Shown: positions 55,470-64,000 of the stretch, piece by piece
How positions within the stretch are numbered: the first letter of the stretch is position 1
How the letters are laid out: each line of letters opens with the position of its first letter
Assembly: GCF_009914755.1 (NCBI RefSeq)
Contig: NC_060930.1
Strand: one strand, 5' to 3'
DNA length: 64,000 nt
Source of the DNA: the human T2T-CHM13v2.0 reference genome, Homo sapiens
Translations under genes and position numbers: made by a program
Notes under the pieces: model-generated
What the model saw: the letters and a program-made list of their open reading frames with translations, nothing else
Database searches by the model: none
Told to the model about the DNA's origin: nothing

Positions 55470-55995
55470 TTTTTTAATTGACAAAACTTTTGTATATTTA
55501 TTGTGTACATGATGTCATTTTGAAATATGCACACATTATGGACTGGCTAAATCTAGCTAATCAACATATGTACTACCCTCATTTTTTTTTTGTCGTGAGA
55601 ACACTTAAAATCTATTCATTAGCAATTTTCAAGAACACAAAGCATTGTTATTAAATATAGTTTCCACGATATTCAATATATATCTTGAACTTATTCCTCC
55701 TGTCTAATTGAAAGTTTAAATTTTTTGACTAACATCTGCCCAACTCCCCTGCTCCTAACCTCTGAAAACCAACATTCTACCCTCTACTTCTATGAGATCA
55801 ACTGTTTTAGATTCCACATATAAGTGAGATCATTCTGTATTTTTCTTTCTACGTCTGTCTTATTTCACTTAATATAATGTCCTCTAGGTTTATCCATGTT
55901 GTCTCAAATGACAGAATTTTCCTCTTTTTTAAGGCTGAAGAGTATTCCCTTGTGTATATGGGCTACATTTTCTTTTTCCATTTATTCACTGATAT
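55470..55995 (-). mobile_element. L1MA-type 3' end
   Basis: gtgagaacacttaaaatcta...ttagattccacatataagtgagatc. Confidence 0.8.
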
Positions 55996-57260
55996 ATGTT
56001 CCCCTTTCTGTGTTCCCACATAATCTTGAATTCTCCTTTGTAAAACTTGCAACTGCTTTTTTAAAATGTGTCTCTTCTGCCTGACAGAAAAATTAATTAG
56101 GATGTAGGCCATATCTTTTGCTCAACAATCGTGTTCTCAGGGCCAAGCATAGTATTGGAAGCATACTCAGAAGGTACTCAGTAAATATTTGTTGAATGAA
56201 GGAAGGAGAAGAGTTCCATGCTAGCATTGTAACCAGTAGGCAAAGTCTTGATGAAGGCTGACATTGCTGAGGTACTGTACAGTGAGACTTGATAGTGTGT
56301 CATTCCCTCATGGAAAAAAAGAAAAGAGTAGGAATTAGTTACTTTTATCTCTTTTCTCTTGCTTCTAAATTCTTCAGATCGTTAGTCATGGTACTTTTTG
56401 TCTGATCTTTCAATACAACTTTTTGATATAAGATCTTTCTTAATCCTTGGGCTCCCAATTTGATAAAGAAAGATTTTCTTGTCCATTCATTTTTTCTTAA
56501 TCTTCTCTGTTACTTTGATTTACCACCAGGGACACCTGGGCAGATGATTGTAAGTCAACGCTACTTCCCCGGGCCTTCGCATATAAACGTGAGTATCAGA
56601 AAAGATAAAGAATTGCCCCTTCTTTTAGATAAGGAAAGAATCATTGCAAAAAGCCATTTCAATGAATTTCTTTCCACACAGGAAGCAAAAATACTGTGCA
56701 TCAACTAAACTGAAATATTGGACATGTCACTTGAGCTGCAACTAGTAATATATCTAGTTGTTTTTTAACCCCCAGGATGTTAGACTGTATCTATACTCCC
56801 TCAGTCCACAGTTTCAAAGGACTGCTCTGTGTTAGCTAGGCACAAATTTGAACTTATCTAAATCATTTTAAGCTCTATATAAGAATTACTCTGAACCTTA
56901 CTGCCCCATAACAAATTATTTGATAAATAAATTAGTGCAACCTTTAAGTTTTATTATAGCTAACTATTTTGAAATTTTTACTATTTTTGCTCCTTTCTCT
57001 GCCTGGAAATTTCATATCCCAAATGTCTTTCAGGCTTGCCCTCTCACTTTCTTCATATTCTGCTCCAATGTCACTTTTATAGTGAGTCATCCATGGCTAC
57101 TTTTAATAAAAGAATGACTCTCTACCATCACCCCAGCCCCTGGCATTTTCTATTCTCTTCTTTGTGCTCTATTTTTCTCCATTATACTATGACCATTTGA
57201 CTTTCTATATATTTATTTGTCCATTTGTTCATTTTCTGAGTGCCAGGTACATTGCAGGTG

Positions 57261-57652
57261 CTACTATGGTTTGAATGTTGAACTCCATCCTCATGTTGAA
57301 ATGGAATTGCCATTGTGACAGTATTAACAGGTGGGGCCTTAAAGAGGTGATTAGGCCTTGAGAGCTCCACTTTCATGAATGGATTAATGCTATCATGGTG
57401 GAAGTGGGTTAGTTATCATGAAAGTTCGGTTCTCTCTTTTTCTCTGTCTTGCATGCTCTTGCCCTCTTTTGCCCTTCCTTACTGTGTGATACCTTCTGCC
57501 ATGTAATGACAAAACAAGAAGGTCCTTTCCAGATGTGACTCTTTGATCTTTGACTTACTCGCTTCCAGAACTGTGAGCCAAATATATTTCTATTGTTTAA
57601 AAATCACTCAGTCTGTAGTATTCTGTCATAGCAGCAGAAAGGGACTAAGAAA
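57261..57652 (+). mobile_element. MaLR LTR (MST-like) inside an L2 3' end
   Basis: ctatggtttgaatgtt...ctcatgttgaaat...atagcagcagaaagggactaaga. Confidence 0.75.
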
Positions 57653-58351
57653 AGTGCTTGATAAGTATTGTTGAATGAATGCGTGCATTAATAAATGGTT
57701 AACTTGATATACATTTACTAACATGACTCAGTAATCATTAACATCTTGCATTGTATTTGGACATAAATGATAAGTAGTTGCAAAAAAGTACAACAATTAG
57801 TATTACTTCTAAGTAGATGAACAAAACATCATGGGAGAGAGGTTAATGGAGGAGAGGGAGGCTGAATTTAGTGAAGCAATAACTGGCTTTGAAGCCTTTA
57901 TAAAGATACTTGATCCTTAACAAAGAGGTTTCCTCATTCCCTGGGTTTGGGCAGTCAGAGTAAGCACCCAGGACTAGAGTCTGGGGCTGGTGTGACTCAG
58001 TGCAGGCAGTTTTGCACAGTTGGGTGAGATGTATTTGTCTTTTACTAATGATGAAAAATGGAGCACCTAGCTCAGCCTCTGCAAGGAAAGCTGATGTGCA
58101 AAATCAATTAGGAGAATGATAAATCCTTTCCTCTTGCAGAAGAGATAACTGAGGGCCTTGGCCTGTTTGTCCATCTTTAAAATAGGGATTTGCTGACACT
58201 ACATTTGGAGACAGTTTTATTTTCTGTGAGTGGCTTATTGGTAGGTACTTTCCTTAATTGTAGTTAAATAAATTTTATGTTTGTCTTTTTACTGTTGTAT
58301 CTTCAGCACCCAGCAGATTTTCTGGCTCATAGTGGATACACTGATTTCTTT

Positions 58352-58664
58352 CCTTTTTTTCTTTTTTTTTTTTTTGAGACAGAATCTTGATCTGTCACCC
58401 AGGCTGGAGTACAGTGGCAGGTGAACATGGCTCACTGCAGACTTGACCTCCCAGGCTCAAGCAATCCTCCCCTCAGCTTCCCAAGTAGCCAAGATTATAG
58501 GTGTGTGCCACCACACCAAACTAATTTATATATATATATAATTTGGTAGAGATGAGGTTTTGCCATGTTGCCCAGGCTGGTCTTGAATTCCTGGGCTCAA
58601 GCCATCCACCTGTCTTGGCCTTCCAAAGTGCTGAGATTACAGGCATGAGCCACCATGCCCGGCC
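58352..58664 (-). mobile_element. AluJ
   Basis: ctcactgcagacttgacctcccaggctcaagc; TSD actgatttcttt. Confidence 0.88.
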
Positions 58665-59162
58665 TACTGATTTCTTTTAGGTAGATAATATAACCCTCTC
58701 AGTCATATGGCCACTACTAAATTGCATTGAAGATGCCATATCTTCCAAACTGATAGAGTCTCCCTTCTCAGAATCCCAATGCTTGGGCCCCTGCTTGGAT
58801 GCAACCCTGACTTTCTATGGTCATTAGTTTTCTTTTCATATAGATTGCAAGTGCCATGAAAGCAAAAATTTCCAGCACTTAAGCTAATGTCCAGTTCAAG
58901 CTGAGGGCTCAAAAAGGTTTGTTGAGAAAGAGCCATATTAATTTGAATTGACAATTGGTAACATCTATAAACTCTCTTTTCCCTTCCCACATCAAAGCTA
59001 CCTTAGAGATCTCGTTTCAGAACTCGATATTTCAGAAAAATATGTTTGGGATAGCCTGACAGTATTGTTGTCTAAATTTATGACAAACCTATTTTGTAGA
59101 GACTCTGCTCCATAGAGTGTACTCTGAAATGTTGTAGGAGAGAAATCGAATGTCTGAATTCT

Positions 59163-59540
59163 TGATATGGCTTGGATTTGCGTCCCCACCCAAATCTTAT
59201 GTTGAATTGTAATCCCCAGCGTTTTAAGAGGGTCCTGGTGGGAGGCGATTGAATCATGTGGCAGACTTCCCCCTTGCTGTTCTCATGATAGTGAGTGAGT
59301 TCTCTTGAGATCTGGTAGTTTAAAAGTGTGTAGCACTTCCACCTTTGCTCTCTCTCTCATGCTCTGCCATATGAAGATGTGCCTGCTTCCCCTTTGCCTT
59401 CTGCCATGTGTGTAAATTTCCTGAGGCCTTCCCAGCCATGCTTCCTGCACAACTTTCAGAACTGTGAGTCAATTAAACTTCTTTATAAATTACTCAGTCT
59501 CAGGTAGTTCTTTATAGCAATGTGAGAACAGACTAATACA
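59163..59540 (+). mobile_element. MSTA solo LTR
   Basis: tgatatggcttggatttgcgtcccc...gaacagactaataca; perfect TSD attct. Confidence 0.88.
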
Positions 59541-60744
59541 ATTCTCAAGCTGGGTTTTGTAGGGCAGATCAAGCAAGAAATTAAGGATATCAGAAATTTG
59601 TGAAGCTTGTTGAGTGACTAATGCAATAGACCTTGAGGTTCTAAGATATTAATATGTAAAGAGGGAAAGCAAATTGAAGACAAAAGGAGGTGATCAATTA
59701 AGGTACAACAGAGATTCAGGCATGAGAGCACTTGGGTGTCATGGAAGAATAGGACATTGTGGCCAGTGGGTGTGATAATTAGAATTTATTGTTTCATAGG
59801 TGGAGCAGTACAAGGTTATGCACAAGACTAGGGCATGACCATAGAAGTGAATTGTTGAAATAAAGTTCACTGGAGTTGAAAAGGTCAATGACCTCAGGGT
59901 AAAATTATTTACTTAGTAAGCAGTATAATTAATCCTGGCACTTGGGTCTGCTAATTCCACAGTCAGAGACAAAATTTTATGGCAAGCACACATTCATACC
60001 CAGGCCTGGCTGGACATTAGTAGAGAATCCACATGCAAATTAAGGAAGGCAATGTTCTTTGCTCTATTTCCTCCTGACTCCATTCGCTACCCCAATTATT
60101 TAAGCATCTTTTACTTTTCTTATTTAAGCATCTTTTTTTGGAGAACAATAATTTTTGACCTTTTTTAAAAAAAGAAATCACATAACTTTCAAGAAAGATA
60201 AATCTGTTCTCCAGATTGAGGCTTTTGAAAGCACATTATCTTATTTCTATTATAGTTGGAGGGTAAGTGAATGAATGGGAGAAGAGCTGAGGTATGACTT
60301 ATAGTGAGACTTTAAAAAACTGTGGGATCACGTGATTTGAAAAGCACAATTCTACCGTTGGTGGGATAAGATATTTAAAACTGAGATTATAATGGAAAAG
60401 CTAGGAATGTTTCTTGTGAGGGCTGCTCTGAAATAATCTTACCTTTTAGGAGGCTTTCCTAAAGTGATTGTGTTTATTGACACATTACATTTTTTCTCTA
60501 ACATAAATATAATGTCTCCTCTTTTCTCCATGAAAAACATTATTTGAAGAAATGCTATGCGTTGGTTAAAGTCTTGTTCATTGATATAGTCAACAAATAT
60601 ATAATGAAATAGTACTAGGAGCTAAGTAGCATGACCTTGTGCAAGCTAACTTAACCTCTCTAAATCTAATAAAAGTGTGTATTCATTTCTGCTTGACAGT
60701 CAACTTCACCTGATCACTAGTTTTCTTTATGGCTGCAAACATTC

Positions 60745-60878
60745 ATAACACAAAGAAATAATACATGTTTGAGATGATGGATATGCTAATTACCCTGATC
60801 TGATCTCTCCACATTATATGTATTGAAACATCACTAAGTACCCCATGAAATGTACAATTATTAGTCGTCAGTTAAAAA
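60745..60878 (+). mobile_element. L1MA 3' tip nested in a MIR (~60620-60990)
   Basis: tgtttgagatgatggatatgctaattaccctgatctgatc. Confidence 0.7.
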
Positions 60879-63800
60879 ACTGGCAATAATAACAGTAACT
60901 TTCTTCACAGCATTATTTTTGTGAAGCTAAAATGAAACAATGCATGTAAAACGCTAAGCACAGTGCCAGTGACAAGGATTCAGTGTCATTCACTGCTAGA
61001 CATGACAGCGTGCGGCTTTGACTTAATGCCAAAGAACAAAAACTGCATTTTCAATCCTGACAAACCTTTAGGGTCGTAAACCAGGCTAGGACAAGTGTTA
61101 ACTTTTATGTTTAAAAAATGATGTGTGAGTTTTCCTTTTTCTATTTTAGTTGTATTTCTTAAGCAGTTATATATTAAGGTAAGTATAGTATGTCTTGGTT
61201 AAAAAATAACCTAAGACCAGAAATAAATAATAAAGGCTTTAGGATTTAATTATAAATTATTTAATGATTAATCTGAGACTTTTAAATCTGAAAAGAAAAA
61301 AAATCAAGCATATGGTATCTTAAAGTACAGTCAGCAGACAACATTATTCTTGTTTCTGATCAATATAAGGGCCAAATAACTGCTGGTGGTTTTTTAATCA
61401 CCGATAAGTGAAGCTTCCAAAAATTGCATCTCTCCTCATAATTCAATAAGATGAGATTGCTTTTTCCAAAGATATGATTGGTCCTTTTGCCAAAGGGGTG
61501 GAGAGAGCAGGGAAGTCTAGAAAATGAATACCTTTCACTTATAATGTTCAAAATCAGCTGAAGCACAAAGTAACTAGAGTATTATTGCTCTGGAAGGAAC
61601 CAATAGGAAGAAGTCGCAAGACCTGAGCAAACCCAGCCAGAAGCCCAGGGAAAGAAACTTCCCCTGGCAGGCTCTTAAATCGGTGAGTTTTAACAAGGGG
61701 CTAAACCAACTAAGAAACAAGAATTTCTAAGATTTCCTGTCTGGAAAATAGGACTTTGAATTGAATGGTCAATTACAAGGAATTATGAGGATAGCTTATG
61801 CATGATACACGAGGCAAAGAAACAATGACTCTTAATTCATTTTCAGGGAATTTTTTTCCTTTCTTTTTCTTTGTGGCTGTGAGAACTAGGAGCACGTTAA
61901 AGCTGTTCTGTCTGAGCCTTTATTCTGAAAACCACTGTAATTAATGAAGTTAATTGGATTTTTTTCCTACTGTTGGGTTTAGGCCCAATCTGTCAACTAA
62001 CGCATATAAAAGACATCTCAGAAGCAGAGTTTCACATCAGGAATAAAATAAAGAATGCACCCAGCAGTAAAATAGTGAGAATCTGTAAAATTGCAATTTC
62101 TGATCTTTTCTGAAGCAATCTGAGTTTCTTTGCCCAGGTGTTTAGCCACTTTGTTCCTCACAGTTTTTTTTTGTAAACTTGTATATTTCCTTTTGATGAG
62201 GAATAAACAGATCCTATTGTTGAAAATTCTGCATGTTTCATGTTGATTATTATTATTACTGAGGGCAACTTAATAATTATAAATCATCGCTAACATGATC
62301 TGTATGGATATAGGAGCTCAGAGCTGGAGTGTTTGAATTTGAGATGTAAATTAGGGGATTTATTGCCCTTTTCTCAAACATTACTATTATTATTGTCCAA
62401 GTTTCTTTTTATACTCTTGAGGGCTGAGGAGGAAATAAATTGCCTACAATAAATAAAATGTCCAAAGATGCTTCCAACTTGAGAAGGATTTGCAGGTCTG
62501 TTATTCCTTGGTGATGCTGTGGGGAATTCTGTGGTTCCGGTTTCATTTCTGGGGTTTATGGTTTCCCGCATGTTTCTGGGCCAGTGTTTAGATCAGGTGG
62601 CCCCTTTCATTATCAGCAGAGGGTTGGGTTACTTGATTGCTTTGCTAAGAAGGACTTTTGGATGTAGGCAATGTCCCCTGGGAGATAAATAGAAGAATGG
62701 ACACCATGCCAGGAGGTGGGCAACCTTGTCTAGTACTTGAGTAGGAAGCGCCTCTTATTCTGAGAAAGAGAAATATTGAGGCCCGGAAATTACAATAGTA
62801 ATTGTTATATAAAAATTTACACCTCATCCCTTTTGCTTGAGAGACTTGGGTTGGAGAGAGTGTGGGCATAAACTAATTTGAAACTTACTATTCAGAAGCT
62901 GGATAAAATAGTAGTCATTACATGACAGTTGACACTTTAAATATTATCAATCTAAGAAAATGTTAGAGCAGGTCTGTCTATTTCTCATAATTCTCCTATT
63001 ACCTTAGATTTGTCAATTGGTTTCAAGCTGAACCGGTTAGGAATAAATTGGCATGGAGGTTGTTATTTTCAACAGACAACTCTGCCCGCTCTTTACAAGG
63101 CTTACAAAATATTGAATTGAATTGATTGCTCTTTTGCTGGCTTGGTTCTGTAGAGAAAAAGATTCTTGCCTTCCTACTTCCCTTCCTTTCTCCTGCCCTT
63201 CTTTTCCATGTTTTCTGCCATATTTTTAGTTAAGTGTGTTGAAAAAAAATACTACTCTTTTATTTTCTTCTCTAGCATCATATTGAACCATGGCAGAAAA
63301 AGCCCGAAAAGCGTATGTGCATTTCTGTTTGACAGAAAACCTCAGCTAATTACTAGTTTTCTTTGTGGCTGTGAACATTTCCCCTGTAGAGAAGGCAAGG
63401 ATCTCATTAGCACTAGCTAATAGGTAAAGGTTACCCCTCTGGAGACCTGGATTGGGGTATTTGAGACCCCAATCTATTGATTTTATTTCTTGATTGCTAC
63501 TTTGCATGTCAAGGTGCTTTCAGGTTTTTCTTTTCATGTATAAAAGAAAAACACTATATTCTTATATAATAGATGTAAAAATAATCCAAATCTTTTCACT
63601 GGAATACAGAATTGATCTATGACATATCACTATTGGTATCATTATGGCTTATTGCATGTTAAGCACATATAGATGCTGACACAGAAAAAAAATAATTATG
63701 AAGAGCACAGCTTAAATTTTTTGAATTTATAGAATACTTCATGAGCAAGAAGAGACACAATTACTAGGAAGAAAATCCTTAAGGTGTGACCTCTGGCTGA

Positions 63801-64000
63801 CACACATCCAAGGCAGTGCTGGCACATGCTTAGAGCACAGATGTGAGCTGCTTACCTATGTGGGGAGACTTCAGGGCTGTGAGTAGGTCTTTCGCAGAAA
63901 AACCTTCAATTTCAGCTTCTGTAAGGCATCTCATTAATGGCAAATTTCCAAGGGAAGTAATTTATAGACTGAGTAGGCGCCTGCACATAATCCGTGGTAA

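Noticed and set aside
61000-64000. OPN5 promoter or first exon
   Set aside because: No CpG island or opsin coding sequence seen; the gene is recalled to start beyond the window end

Overview
Human (or very closely related primate) genomic DNA. Positions ~141-9800 (+ strand) hold the 3' part of the adhesion GPCR gene ADGRF4 (GPR115): five coding exons, including a 1380-bp GAIN/GPS/7TM exon, and a non-coding last exon. From memory this is 6p12.3 with OPN5 starting a few kb beyond the window. The remaining ~54 kb is repeat-rich intergenic DNA: Alus, L1/L2, MIR, MaLR/ERV LTRs, DNA transposons (MER1B, MER104, MER82, a near full-length Charlie5-type hAT) and an RPL27A processed pseudogene. I found no new multi-gene system. 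The best leads are a degenerate GPS with a retained Stachel, a candidate NMD-switch cassette exon in the 3'UTR intron, a possible intron-read-through isoform, an apparent L1 3' transduction, a young AluYa-type insertion and several local duplications/inversions. Repeat subfamily names come from recalled consensus sequences and need RepeatMasker/Dfam confirmation.
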